Shown one piece after another: positions 1 through 13,095 of a DNA stretch of 64,000 bases; the first letter of the stretch is position 1; every line of letters begins with the position of its first letter. Position numbers and translations under genes: made by a program. Below the pieces are notes generated by a model. It was not told the DNA's origin. It did no database searches and saw only the letters and a list, made by a program, of their open reading frames with translations. Origin of the DNA: Octopus sinensis (Eukaryota); contig NC_042997.1 in the NCBI RefSeq assembly GCF_006345805.1, positions 49,786,001 to 49,850,000 of the forward strand, given 5' to 3'.

Positions 1-130
1 AGAAAAGAAAGAAGAAAAAGAAGATAAAAACGAAGAAAAACTAAAAAAAAAGAAGAAAAAGAAAAAGAAGAGGGCAATAAAAAGAACCAGGCAAAGAAGA
101 CGAACAACAGAAAAAAGGGAAAAGGAGACA
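1..130. repeat. Purine-rich (GAA/GAAAA) low-complexity tract
   Basis: Almost exclusively A/G runs such as agaaaagaaagaagaaaaag. Confidence 0.8.
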
Positions 131-294
131 ACACGCATAAAACGACACCACCACCAAAACCCGAGCGAAGCACGGGTCAAAATAGCTCGTCTACTTAAAA
201 TCTTATTCTGTTTGCCATGACTTGTGTTTGAGTCTGACTCTTTAAAACTTACGTTAAGAGATGGGGGATGTAATCGGAATTTTTGATCTAATTC

Positions 295-487
295 TAATTT
301 TGGCTCAAGGCCAGCAATTTTGGTGTGAGATGGAAGACTATTACATCGTCCCAAACCCGATCTAATAGGGTTAGGGTAGAAATGCAAAGTTGACATCGAT
401 AATATTTGAACTCAGAACGTAAAGTACGGAGAAAAATCTGTGTAAGCCTTTTGTCCAACGCGCTAACTGTTCGGCCACTTTCGGCCA
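295..487 (-). mobile_element. Degenerate tRNA-derived SINE (family B, local name)
   Basis: atttgaactcagaacgta (B-box region) and cgcgctaactgttcggcc match the reverse complement of better-preserved family B copies in this window. Confidence 0.6.
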
Positions 488-540
488 TCTTAGCAATAGA
501 ACGAAACAGGAGGTATCTATTGAAATCTTTAATATAACTC

Positions 541-912
541 CTTTACTCTTTTACTTGTTTCAGTCATGTGACCATGCTGGAGTACCGCCTTTTAGTCGAG
601 CAAATCGACCACAGGACTTATTCTTTGTAAGCCTAGTACTTATTCTATCGGTCTCTTTTGCCGAACCGCTAGGTTACGGGGACGTAAACACACAAGCATC
701 GGTTGTCAAGCGATGGTGAGAGGGGGGACAAACATAGACACACACACACACACATATATATATATACACATATATACGACGGGCTTCTTTCAGTTTCCAT
801 CTACCAAATCCACTCACGAGGCTTTGGTCGGCCCGAGGCTAAAGTAGTAGACACTTGCCCAAGGTGCCACACAGTGGGACTGAACCTGGAACCATGTGGT
901 TGGTAAGCAAGG
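541..912 (-). mobile_element. tRNA-derived SINE family A (local name) with internal microsatellite
   Basis: Tail ttttactcttttacttgtttcagtc...catgctggagtaccgcc, internal (CA)/(TA) tract, and head gacacttgcccaaggtgcc...ggaaccatgtggttggtaagcaag; same as copies at 35176, 45046 and 62010. Confidence 0.9.
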
Positions 913-1956
913 GTTATCTAAAAAGAACCTTACATATGGAACAAAATCGGAGTCATATTCATTTTTTTTTTTAGCATAATGAAACAAGCTCGAATGTTAC
1001 ACTTTCTACAATCTTAACTGTCGAATATCATCGAAGTCTATCAAAATCTTATACATAATGGATCAATGTTATGAATATCTATAAATCCATGTACCAAGAC
1101 AAAACTAAGACTCTTTATAGAATATGGAATCTCTCAAGGACAAGCTGGTCACTGGTAATGCTAGTTTACCGGTGGGTGGATTCTACGTTGTGCTCGCTTT
1201 GATTTTGATTTTTACTACAAAGCCTGGGAACATTTGATTCATGTAACACTCTGTGCGTTGTTTATTTTTCCCGGGGGTAATATAAGCTGTGTGTATATGT
1301 TGAATATATTTCTTTATGGTTTTACAGTTTGATCAACAAAATTAGTTTCGTGTTTGTAATTGAGACTTTATGTTCATTTTAATTTAATTTTGAAATGTTT
1401 CGTTTGTACCCAAGAATCTAATATCTCTTTCCAGAATCTTTTCTCTGCCTTTCGGCTTTTTATTTTTATTCTTATCACTTTTTTAACTACCCCCCTCTCT
1501 CTCTCTCTTTCTCTCTCCACCCGCTCCCTCTTGCCCTCGGCAAATTTATCTCTTTCTCTCTTTCGTTCACTTCATTTTTTTCTTCTTAATCCATTTCTAT
1601 GTTTCTTTGCCTCTCCTTCTCGCCTACAGTTGTGTATGTGCCCGCACATACATACATACATGCATGCATATATATGTGTGTGTGCGTGCATATATTTATA
1701 AATATGTATGTGTATGAAAATGTGTGCGTGTGTGTTTTAACCAGAGCCCACACGTTCAAAGTGGTTTGAAGTCACACTGGATCCATGAGATGGTAACTCA
1801 AGTTATCAGAAAAAGCATATTTGACAACAAGACTAATTCGTTTAAATTTCATTTCGCAAACTACACAAACATGTAAGCACACACATACACAAGTAGGAAA
1901 ACCAAAATCGTGTGAAAATTGAACGATTTATTTTTTCCCTTCTTTCTATTGTTTCT

Positions 1957-2369
1957 TATTTCTTTACTGCCCACAAGGGGCTAAACACAGAGAGGACAAA
2001 CAAGGACAGACAAAGGGATTAAGCCGATTATATCGACCTCGGTGCGTAACTGATACTTCTTTAATCGACCGCGAAAGGATGAAAGGCAAAGTTGACCTCG
2101 GCGGAATTTGAACTCATATCGTAGCGGCAGACGAAATACCTATTTCTTTACTGCCCACAAGGGGCTAAACACAGAGAGGACAAACAAGGATAAACAAAGG
2201 GATTAGGTCGATTACATCGACCCCGGTGCGTAACTGGTCCTTAATTTATCAACCCCGAAAGGATGAAAGGCAAAGTCGACCACGGCGGAATTTGAACTCA
2301 GAACGTAACGGCAGACGAAATACGGCTACGCATTTCGCCCAACGTGCTAATGTTTCTGCCAGCTCGCCG
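1957..2369 (-). mobile_element. SINE family B head-body-body dimer
   Basis: One head (ctgccagctcgccg) followed by two bodies joined at acgaaatacctatttc (2131-2146). Confidence 0.9.
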
Positions 2370-2429
2370 TCTTTTATAGTTTCTATGGTTCTTTCTCTAG
2401 TTTCTATGGTTCGAGCATTCAACATAATG

Positions 2430-3900
2430 CCCTACGTCCTTTTATAATGTGAGTTCAAATCTTGGTCGTTTGCTGGACAAAATACTTAGCCACATGTTGC
2501 CCGTCTTTACTTTCTCAGTTTGTGCTCCGTCGAGGCCGATTTTGCCTTTCATCCTAACTGGATCGATGAAATAAGTACCAGTTAAGTACTAGGATCGATG
2601 TAATCAATAATCTCCCTCCTACCAAAGTTTAGGTCTTGTACCTATAGTAGAATGATTATTTTTATCATAAAGGCGGCGAGCTGGCAGAATCGTTAGCACG
2701 CCGTATCTTATCTGTCTTTAAGTTCTGAGTTCATATTCCGGCGAGGTTAACTGAACATTCCATCCTCTCAGGGTCAATAAGATAAGTACCAGTTGAACAC
2801 TGGGATCGATTTACCATCTCACCCGAACATGTTGGCCTTGTGCCAACATTTGAAACCGTTATTATTATTTGATAAGGGAAAGAAACAGTTATCAGGAAGT
2901 AGACAGTCCTCCAAAATGTGTGGTTTTTGCTATTTTATTATTTTCTTTCTGGCTTGTCTAAAATGTCATTTTAAAAAGACAGTTATGATATATTGTGACA
3001 CATATCTGTATGGCAAAGCGTTAGGCATGTATGGAAGGTGAACTTCTCTGAATCGAGAATCGAAACCGGGGTGCGGATACAAGTCACTATAAGTTAAGTT
3101 ACGGTGATTCGCCACTAATAATTTCACCTTATGATGCGGGTACGACAGAACTGGTAGACGTCTCACAAGATATCTTGTCGCGTTTATTTATGTTCCTTTG
3201 CGATCTGAGTTCAAACTTCACCGACGTAGACTTTGCCTTGCCGGCGTAAATGAATTGGAGTACCAAGCAGGTACAAGACTCGACGTCGTTTCCATCTCTC
3301 AAACATTTTTGCCTTATTTTACAAGAATAAAGAAAAGCCCGGGATGAGCGGAAACGGTTATTGAACTAAATGCTATTTCATATTTAATCTCGTGCTCCTA
3401 CGTTCTGAATTCAAATTTCTTCAGTATCTACTTTGCCTTTCTTCAATTCTGGGTCGATAAAATAAATACACATTCGGACGTGTCGATTCAGTACTAGGTG
3501 GCTTTCCCCTACAAATCAATGAGTTTGTGTCAAACGTAAGAAACATTATGCAAAAGCGAAAGAATTTTAAATGCATTTCAGTGTTTATTCACGTTCTGAG
3601 TTCAAATCTAGATGAGCTTGATTTTGTTTCTCTTCGGGGGTCGACTAAATAAATACGTGTTTTTTGTTTCTTTTTTATGCAGTTGATTCAATACGTTATA
3701 TTCTCCATACAAATGTTGTTGTTTTTGTTCCATGCCAAAGATCAAATTGGTGTTAAGGTGATGGAACAACAGAAGCTGTTGAGTGATGTTCTCAATGTTA
3801 TTTCGTATTTCATATCAACCTTCGCAGTTCTGTGCTGAAATCTCGCCGGTGTTAACTCTGTCTTATATTCCTACGGAGCATTTAAAAGAGAAAGCAATAG
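2430..3900 (+). mobile_element. Cluster of about six old, degenerate family B SINE copies
   Basis: Recurrent gttctgagttcaaat...gactttgcctt...gtcgat...aagtacc motifs near 2445, 2720, 3205, 3400, 3590 and 3830. Confidence 0.7.
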
Positions 3901-4188
3901 ATTTACAGTCGTCGACAAAGTTGGATGTGTCTCTCCTTTGAAAGTGCGTGACGTTTTTACCCTTGTGAAAAGCTCTTAGCACACTGATGTCAAACAAAGT
4001 GCGAAAATGTCTACTGCAAATAACTGCAGACAATAACGTCAGTTGCTTTCACTGTAGTCAGGGTTACACATCTTTTACAAAACAAGAATGTGTAAATAAG
4101 ATCTTAATAACATAAAAAAAAACAATAATTATAACAGTAATGAAAACAAGAAAACAGAAAACAAAAAATAGCAATATATATTATTAAT

Positions 4189-4392
4189 ATTCTTTTCTAC
4201 TCTAGGCACAAGGCCTGAAATTTCGGGGGAGGGGGCAGTCGATTAGATCGACCCAAGAACGTAACTAGCACTTAATTTATCGACTCCGAAAGGATGAAAG
4301 GCAAAGTCAACCTCGGCGGAATTTGAACTCAGAACGTAGCGGCAAACGAAATTTCGTCCGGCGCGCTAACGTTTCTGCCAGCTCGCCGCCTT
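4189..4392 (-). mobile_element. SINE family B, alternative-tail (B2) variant
   Basis: Head ctgccagctcgccgcctt; tail attcttttctactctaggcacaaggcctgaaatttc differs from the B1 tail. Confidence 0.85.
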
Positions 4393-4410
4393 GCAACATA
4401 TTAATAATGT

Positions 4411-4745
4411 GAAGGCGCATAGCTTAGTGGCTAGAGTGTCGGACTTATAATCATGAGATAGTGAGTTCGATTCCTGGACCGGGCTGTGTATTCTGTTCTT
4501 TAGCAAGACAATTTACTTCACGTTGCTCCAGTTTACTTAGCTATAAAAATGAGTTGTGACGTCACAGGTACGAAGCTGTATTATTGGCCTTTGCTTTTAG
4601 TTTGGATAACATCGGTGGCGTAGAGAGGGGGAGGCTGAAATGCATGGGCGACTGCTGGTCTTCCATAAACAGCCTTGCCCAGACTTGTACCTCGGTGGGG
4701 AACTTTCTGGTCGCAATCCCGTGCTCATTCATTTGGTAACCAAAT
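4411..4745 (+). mobile_element. tRNA-derived SINE family C (local name)
   Basis: A-box-like tagcttagtgg and B-box gagttcgattcc; body ttcacgttgctccag...gggcgactgctggtcttccataaac, matching the copy at 49422-49764. Confidence 0.85.
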
Positions 4746-5831
4746 CTTCAAGAGTAACAACAACAACAATTATAACACACAAAAAGGAAAACGACGGAAT
4801 CAACTTTGAAACCTTTCGAAATGGCAAATCGTAGCAACTATTGTTGTAATTAAAAGTGGGGTGGGGGAAGTCTCTGTGCTTGTTCTAAATATCAAGCGTT
4901 AATTAGGGGCGAGGATTGAATTATTGTCATTAGATGCCTTTTACCTCAGTTTTCTCTGGGTAATTTTCATGAAAACACACGCGTACAGACATAAAGACAC
5001 AAATCCACATATATACATACATGTATATAAACAACCACAAACACACACACACATGCATACATGTCTATGAATGTAACTATATATGAGAATGTGAGCGGGT
5101 GTCTGTCTATCTGAGTATGTGTTTGCGGTGGTGACGGGGTTGCATAGAAGATTGCTATATCCTGTAATTACTGAGGAACCGTAAACATGTCTAACAAACT
5201 TCATAAACAAATACACCCAAATACATTTTATGCAGTACAGATGTAGTGGCTCATGGCGATAAGAAGTGTATGTATGTATGTATGTATGCATGTATGTATG
5301 GTTGTATGTATGTGCAGCTATATATGAGTTGTACACATACGGATATATTCTATGCACACAAATACCTAAACACACACAGAAACATAGCCAAACATATGCA
5401 TACACACATATTTACACACAAGCACATAAATATATATATATATATGAGGGAGAAAGAGAGAGAGAGACGGACAGACAGACAGATAGACAGACAGAGAGGG
5501 AGAATTAGAAAGAGACAGGTGAAGAGTCAGCTATGTGCATGTACTGTAGTTTCATATGTAAGTATGAAACCTCGAAATCTTCCACTCAACTAGAACCACA
5601 CAAATGCCCACACATTTGAAATTGCTTCTCGTTGCTCTTTCTTCATCTTAGCCAAACTAATTCTTTCTGTCCTCTTCTATCGTTTTTATTTCCCTCATAT
5701 ATCCATTTTATTTTTCTCCTTCCAACGACCGCCTCTTCCCGCTTTTATGTTTCTCCTTCCCTTTTGTTTGTGCATGGAAACCCTTACATCTGCCTAATAC
5801 ATTCATTCTTCAATTCCCCTCAGTATATATA

Positions 5832-6758
5832 CCGTAAATCCTCGAGTATAGTCCACCCTTGAGTATAATACGCAGGGATTTTTTTAGAGGGCTGTACCTC
5901 TGAAAAACCTAAACCTTGTGTATAATACGCACCCCTTCTCTAACTTGAGTCAAGGAGGGCTATATAACGTCCTTGGTTTGTAAAAATGTATACGGTTACG
6001 TCCTTTATTATTGTTGTATATATAACATAATGCAAACATGTAGCTTTTCAAATTTTCTTCCGGCGGCCCTATTACCATGCTCTTCAGCATATGATATAAC
6101 TTCAAGTTTAAAAATAGCTGAATAAGATCTACGAGGCATTTTATGGGCATGTAATATATAAAATGTTTTATTGGAGATTAATGTACAGGTTTAAGTCCCG
6201 CTTATAAGAAACAAACCCTAGTAAAGACCCACAGTAGTTCAAACATTTAATACTGGTATTTAATTAAGTATCTATTGTTTGCCACAGTAATGATGCAAAC
6301 TGCCAATACAAACAGTAGGATGAACTATTTAGCGCTAAACTATTAAGCACAATTTGTGAGTAATTAAGCCAGCAGCACCTAGTCGAACAAATACTTCCGC
6401 ACATGCGTAATACATTAATGGTGATGTTCTTAACTGTTATATGGGAATGTAAATATGTTTGCAAATTGTTTTTGTTACATGTTATTCTGTGTTCTGAATA
6501 CTTTTATTTTAATAAATGTTGCTTACTGCAAGTTATGGATGATTCTTTTATGACTTCATTGCTTTCAGGCATTGCTTAAGGTATTTTCGTTCCCGACATC
6601 ACAAAATGCGTCTGAATAAACATTGCTGGACAGCAAATAGAGACTCGGACATTGCTTAGAAAATATTTTTCATTTTAACTTCGTATATAGTACGCATTAG
6701 GAATTTTGACCTTTAAACTTTGGGGAAAAAAATGCGAATTATACTCGAGGATTTACGG
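5832..6758. mobile_element. Non-autonomous Tc1/mariner-superfamily (pogo/Tigger-like) element
   Basis: Perfect 19-bp TIR ccgtaaatcctcgagtata / tatactcgaggatttacgg, TA on both sides, subterminal gtataatacgca repeated. Confidence 0.9.
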
Positions 6759-6792
6759 TACTTCTTATATTGTATGGTACTTTTTATATTGA

Positions 6793-7080
6793 ATGGCCTA
6801 GTGGTTAGGGAGTTGCATTTACAATCGCAAGATCGTTGTTTTCATGCCCTAACCAGGCAGTGTTTTGCCTTCATGAGCAAAACACTTAATTTCATGTTGC
6901 TTTGCAATCATTTTGACAACTGACGTGTGGCACACTTGTGCACCTGTACAGGCAACATCGATTTCATAAAGAGAGTGTGAAAATGAACAGCGCAAACGCT
7001 TGATCACTATTACATCATCTGTGCAGATTATTCAGCAAGAAGTTGAGGAATTTTCAACTGTTATTCCCAACTAGAGAGTC
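6793..7080 (+). mobile_element. Old degenerate tRNA-derived SINE
   Basis: ggcctagtggttaggg head and atgagcaaaacacttaatttcatgttgct core resemble families C and D. Confidence 0.55.
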
Positions 7081-7117
7081 CGCCATGCATGCTTGCATGT
7101 ATGTATGTACGTACGTA

Positions 7118-7947
7118 CGTGACCTGATCAATAAGTATCCGGGTTGTTGCTATAGTAACAAGGCTAAAGCACGGAGAGTAAAGCCCCCTGCCACAGATAG
7201 ACCTTGAACTCTGCTGTGCATACGCACAAAGTTTTAACGTTCTAGCTCACTTCCCTGTTTATAGCAGTGCTTGGAAGGAAGGTGTGTGGCGTGTGATCGT
7301 TGTATTGACCATGACAGAGAAAGTTCAGCAGAAAATATACATCAAATTTTGCCAAAAGCTTGGCGATACTTGTTCAGAGGCCTACGTAAAGTTTTTAAAA
7401 ACTTTTCATCGTTCTCGACACAATCAAGGAGATCTTATACAACAGAAACCCGAGTGTCTTCATAATCAGCTGAAAGCCGTTTTGGCACAAACTTGGCAGA
7501 CACGCATCTCATATCCAAATCTTCAGTGATAATGGACTGAACTGAACCGTAACTAATCCGCATATCCTCTGATAACTCATGGATGGTGATTCGACGATTT
7601 CCCCTCTTAGCTTCACGCACATCTACGATGTTTTTCGGCCAACTTGGAAACGTTTGAACCACTCACACACATGTGTGCGGCTCATATACTCCTCTCCATA
7701 CACTTTCTGCAACTTTGTGTTGGCCTCTGACCAGGTATCGCCGTGACAACTTTCTCTATCATAGTCAATGCGATAATCATACGCTACATACCTTCCTTCC
7801 AAGCACCACTGTAAGTGAGCTAGAAAGTTAAAACGTAGTGCGCATGCACAGCAGAGTTCAAGGTCAATCTGTGCCAAGCGGCTTCACTATCCGTGCTTTA
7901 CCTTCGTTACTATAGCAACAATCTTGATACTTAGTGATCAGACCTCG
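7118..7947. mobile_element. Mariner derivative built from two inverted 5' ends
   Basis: TA-flanked termini cgtgacctgatcaataagtatc / gatacttagtgatcagacctcg. The + arm encodes MTEKVQQKIYIKFCQKLGDTCSEAY; the - arm encodes VYGEEYMSRTHVCEWFKRF, RRITIHELSE..., VSAKFVPKRL and DLLDCVENDEKFLKT. Confidence 0.9.
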
Positions 7948-8030
7948 TATGTATGTATGTATTTGCATAAATACGCATATGTACGTGTATGTGTGTGTGT
8001 GTGTTTATACTTGTATATATGCGTGTATAT

Positions 8031-8338
8031 ATAAACTGGCACTCCACCGATCCGATCAATGGGACAGCCTGCTCCGGAAATTAACGCGCAAGTGGCTGAG
8101 CACTCCACAGACCTGCGTACCCTTAGCGTAGTTCTCGCAGAGATTCAGTGTGACAGCGAGTGTGCCAAGGCTGGCACTTTGAGGCACAAATCCAACTCAG
8201 TTTTCTTGTTTCTCTTTTCTTTTTGCGTGAAATAAAGTAATTTGCTGAAGGGTACAAATCGCCGCCGGGAATCGAACTCACGACTTTACGATCGTGAGTC
8301 GAATATCCAAAATCCCTAACCACTAAGCCACGCGCCTT
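8031..8338 (-). mobile_element. tRNA-derived SINE family D (ACG anticodon-like loop, Arg-like)
   Basis: Head reverse complement aaggcgcgtggcttagtggttaggg...cacgatcgtaaagtcgtgagttcgattcc; body homologous to 48051-48364. Confidence 0.85.
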
Positions 8339-8600
8339 ATATGTACACACACGCACACACACACACATATAGAGAGAACAGATTTTCTGTCAGATATGTT
8401 ATAACAAAAACACGACTACCTTCCAATAATTAAATCCATTTTTAATGGTGTTTTGTTTTATTTCGTATATCCATATCAAACACTTGTATTTTGTGGGAAG
8501 AAATAAAGATCCTAAAATAATTCTATTCAACGTTTCCAGACTCAGTTGGATAGAAATTGGTTTTTGAATTATTATCTGCTGTTTCTTTTATTGTGGGTAC

Positions 8601-8900
8601 TTTTATCCTGCGCGCGTAAGCTAAAGCATGCTATTGTAATCAGTTGTCTTTGTCTGTCTGTGTGTTTGCAAAATTACTGGGAAACGGCCGAACGGATTTT
8701 CATCAAATTTGTCAGAAATACTCATTTGGGTGAGTGGCTCGAAGTGATGTACACTTGATTAGATTATCTTTAAAAAAGAAAATTAAAAAGAATCGAACTT
8801 ACAAATTTCCTGATTTGCAAGTGGTAATATTATTTTGTTCACTTCCTTTTCCATATGAATCGACCCTCATCTGCGCGTGTGTAGATCATGGTATACCTAT
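8601..8900 (+). mobile_element. Possible Helentron-associated non-autonomous element (DINE-1/HINE-like)
   Basis: T-rich start, short (GTCT)n tract, then aaacggccgaacggattttcatcaaattt motif typical of such elements; 3' end not resolved. Confidence 0.4.
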
Positions 8901-8920
8901 GCAGGTAGACATGTGTACGT

Positions 8921-9435
8921 ACGTACATGCATACATACATATACATACATACACATACATACATACATACATACATACATACATACATACATACATACAT
9001 ACATTACATACATACATACATACATACATACATCACATACATACTACATACATACATACATACACACATACATACATACATACATACATACATACATTCA
9101 TACATACATATACATACATACATACATACATACATACATACATACATACATACATACTACATACTACATACACACACACATACATACATACATACATACA
9201 TACATTCATACATACATACATAATACATACATACATACATACATACATACATACATACATACACACATACATACATACATACATACATACATACATTCAT
9301 ACATACATACATACATACATACATACATACATACATACATACACACACACATACATACATACATACATACATACATACATACATACATACATACATACAT
9401 ACATACGTACATACATACATACATACATTCATACA

Positions 9436-9469
<34 letters not shown>

Positions 9470-9528
9470 CATACATACATACATACTACATACATAAATA
9501 CAGACATACATACATACATACATACATA

Positions 9529-9559
<31 letters not shown>

Positions 9560-9651
9560 CATACATCATACATACATACATACATATATACATACATACA
9601 TACATACATAACATACATAAATACATACATACATACATACATACATACATA

Positions 9652-9682
<31 letters not shown>

Positions 9683-9809
9683 CATACATACATACATACA
9701 TACATACATACAATACATACATACATCATACATACATACATACATACTACATACATACATAATACATACATACATAAATACAGACATACATACATACATA
9801 CATACATAA

Positions 9810-9840
<31 letters not shown>

Positions 9841-10142
9841 CATACATACATACATACTACATACATATATAACATACATACATACATACATACATACATA
9901 CTACATACACATACATACATACATACATACATACAACATACATACATATACATACATACATACATACTACATACACACACACATACATACATACATACAT
10001 ACATACATACATACATACTACATACATACAATACATACATACATTAATACATACATACACACATACATACATACATACATATATACATACACACATACAT
10101 ACATACATACATACATACATAATACATACATACATGCATACA

Positions 10143-10176
<34 letters not shown>

Positions 10177-10386
10177 CATACATACATACATACATAAATA
10201 CATACATACATACATACATACATAATACATACTACATAAATACAGACATACATACATACATACATACATACATACATAATACATACATACATACATACAC
10301 ATACATACATACATACATAAATACATACATACATACATACACACCACATACATACATACATACATACATACATACATACATACATA

Positions 10387-10417
<31 letters not shown>

Positions 10418-10455
10418 CATATATACATACATACATACATACATACACACATACA

Positions 10456-10489
<34 letters not shown>

Positions 10490-10556
10490 CATACATACAT
10501 ACATATATACATATATACATACATACATACATACATACACACATACATACATATAT
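8921..10556. repeat. 1.6-kb imperfect (TACA)n tetranucleotide array
   Basis: Continuous tacatacataca with variant units. Confidence 0.98.
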
Positions 10557-11469
10557 GACGTTGTGTGTGTGTACAGTGATAGATTTGAGAGTTTCATTTA
10601 TTTATGAGTTGATTTCTTAATTTCCCCGGAGTATAAATACCTATAATAGAGATACTTAAAAAAATATTAATTCAGTTCAATTAAAAAGCATAGGTACGCA
10701 ACACATTGTAAGCCACCCTACAATTTGCGATACAATTTATCCGCGCGCACGGTATGCATCGCCCTTCCGATGTCTTGTTTTTTCATTGTTTATGTAATCT
10801 GTATCCCAAGAATCTGACCGCTAGACATCCATGTCATCAGCACATCAGTCACATGCTTATTCCTTTTTGACTTATGTATGTTGTCATTGTACCTATTTTA
10901 GCAATGTGTTGTTATTTTTCCGAACTAGCTTTATTTTATGGTGTCTGATGTTGTATGTAGCAATTCTTATTGTAAGTGCACGATAATGCAACGAGAGAAT
11001 GTAGTGGCGGTATGGCCAATGTAACAGTTAGAATCGGAAGCTTATAGCTTTTACATCTGCAGTCGAATTTGGTTAAATGCAACAACAAAAGAATCTGGTA
11101 TATATTTATTTGATACCCATACGTTGAAAGACAAAGCTGCTTTGAGCTGAGAATGTAAAACAACGTAGCCATGGATTTTGCCTGATATTACTAAACAATT
11201 ATCTGATGCCCTCTTTCTCATTATAACGGAGAGTAATCGTAGTGGCTTCAATTCGTATGATTATAGGGAAAACTACAAATGTCCACAATTTCAATCCTAG
11301 GGCTTTTAAGGGAGATGTGAAAAGAGAGATCCGTGTGTTGCTTTTGAAATGTATCTTGGATTGTTTGTTGCAAATGCACAAATATATAGCTTTCTTTTGA
11401 TTCTGAAATTTTATCATTATAATTGACACTAAGAAGAATAGATTGACAAAAATTGTTGGGGCGTCAGAA

Positions 11470-12050
11470 AAAATACTTAGCTATATTTGTTCCAGCTCTT
11501 TACCTTCTGATTTCAAATCTCGCTGAAGTCAACGTTGTCTTTCAACCTTTCATGATTAACTAAGTAAGATACCGGTCAAATGGTATCGATCCAATCGACT
11601 ACTCCTGCGCTCAAACTTCAGGACATATGCCTATACTAGAAACAAATATACGAAACCCTTTCATTTATTTGTCTTATTTACAGGAAATCCATTTGTGTTT
11701 TCTTTCGTTCATATGTTCAACTTTTCTCATTTCTTCTTTAATCCAGATTATTATTGTTATATAAGGTTGTGAGCTAGTACGCCGGGCAAAATGCTTAGCG
11801 ACATTTCATCCGTCCTTACGTTCTGAGTTCAAATTCCACCGATATAGACTTTGCCTGTCATCCGTTGGGGTGGGGGTGATAATTAAGTACCAGTGAAATA
11901 CTGGGGTCCCTTCCCCCAAAATTTTGTGCCTTTGGTAGAAGGGACCATTATTTTTACAATTAAAGCGACAAGCTGGCAGAATAGTTAGCTCGCTGTACAA
12001 AATACTTAGTGGTATTTCGTCCATCTTCACGTTGACTTCAAATACCGCAT
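11470..12050 (+). mobile_element. Three degenerate family B SINE copies in tandem
   Basis: ttctgatttcaaatc (about 11505), ttctgagttcaaattcc (11821) and gcgacaagctggcagaatagttagc (11966). Confidence 0.7.
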
Positions 12051-12076
12051 ATTATTATTACTATTATAATTATTGT

Positions 12077-12380
12077 GGAGGCGCAATGGCCCAGTAGTTA
12101 GGGCGGCGGACTCGTGGTCGGAGGATCGTGGTTTCGATTCCCAGACCGGGCATTGTGTGTGTTTATTGGGTGAAAACACCTAAAAGCTCCACGAGGCTCC
12201 TGCAGGGGGTGGTGTCGACCCCTCTTGTACTCTTTCGCCACAACTTTCTCTCACTCTGTCTTCCTGTTTCTTAAGTAATGCTGCGATGGACTGGCGTCCC
12301 GTCCAGCTGGGGGGAACACATACTCCACAGAAACCGGGAAACCGGGCCCATGAGCCTGGCTAGGCTTGAAAAGGCCGACG
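12077..12380 (+). mobile_element. tRNA-derived SINE with V-domain-like segment
   Basis: Head ggaggcgcaatggcccagtagttaggg...ggtttcgattcc; gctgcgatggactggcgtcccgtccag resembles the V-SINE central domain (from recall); ends in a T/(TTA)n tail. Confidence 0.75.
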
Positions 12381-12386
12381 TTTTTT

Positions 12387-13095
12387 TATTATTATTATTA
12401 TTTTAAGCTTGACTTTTGTTTTGCATTTGTACAAGGTGGCTCCAAGTCTCAACCAGAGACCTCAAGAGACAAGTTAGAAGTTCCTGTTGGTGTTATGCCT
12501 AGGGTGCCATATATTTGGTTTAGTACATAGTGTTGTTCCAGAGAATGTTTAAGAAACCATGAGAAAATTATAAGTTTGTTTTAAACCTTGAGATTACATA
12601 GAAAGTATTTTGCGTAGGATATGAGCAGTTCCCATGAGCACTATCTTTTGAATTTCTGCCATTTTGGGGTTTCCTGGTACCCGAGCTAGAAAGCAATCAA
12701 CCCCTTTTACTATCGGTCCCAGGGCACCTATGACAACAGGTATTGCTTTAGTCTTCAGGTTCCACATTTTGCTAATTTCTATTTCAAGATCTTTATATTT
12801 ACTCAGTTTTTGGTAGGTCTTGACAGATACGTTTATATCGATTGGGACAGTCATATCAATGAGGAGGCATGTTCTTTGTCTGAAGTCTTTCAGTATGATG
12901 TCTGGCCTATTTGCATCTATCTTCCTGTCAGTTTGAATGGTGAAGTTCCAGAGGAGTGATATGTGATCATTTTCAAGCACTGGGGGTGGTTTGTGTTCCC
13001 ACCAGTTTTTATCATGGGGCAAATCCAGGTTTTTGCAAATTACCCAGTGAATATATTGTGCAGCTCTATCACACCTATTGAAATACTATGTAGGC
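12387..13095 (-). mobile_element. 5'-truncated Dong/R4-clade non-LTR retrotransposon (RLE domain plus 3' UTR)
   Basis: YFNRCDRAAQYIHWVIC..WWEHKP.PVLEN...LLWNFTIQTDRKIDANRPDII...CLLIDMTVP...KLSKYKDL...PVVIGALG is a restriction-like PD-(D/E)xK endonuclease; (TAA)n on both sides. Confidence 0.9.
12594..13088 (-). pseudogene. Restriction-like endonuclease C-terminal coding remnant of a Dong/R4 element
   Basis: Supplied ORF 12594..13022 extends in frame upstream through YFNRCDRAAQYIHWVICKNLDL to a stop; RPD and KY.DL motifs present. Confidence 0.88.

Noticed and set aside
4411-4500. tRNA-like sequences at SINE heads (also 8260-8338, 48051, 49690-49764)
   Set aside because: They run into SINE bodies and lack a complete acceptor stem, so they are not tRNA genes.
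8734-10607. Long ORFs such as the 342-aa HTYI repeat and MYVC repeats (also near 14-15, 20, 22, 25, 39.6 and 50-51 kb)
   Set aside because: Translations of (TACA)n/(TATG)n/(TA)n/(CA)n microsatellites, which lack stops in several frames.
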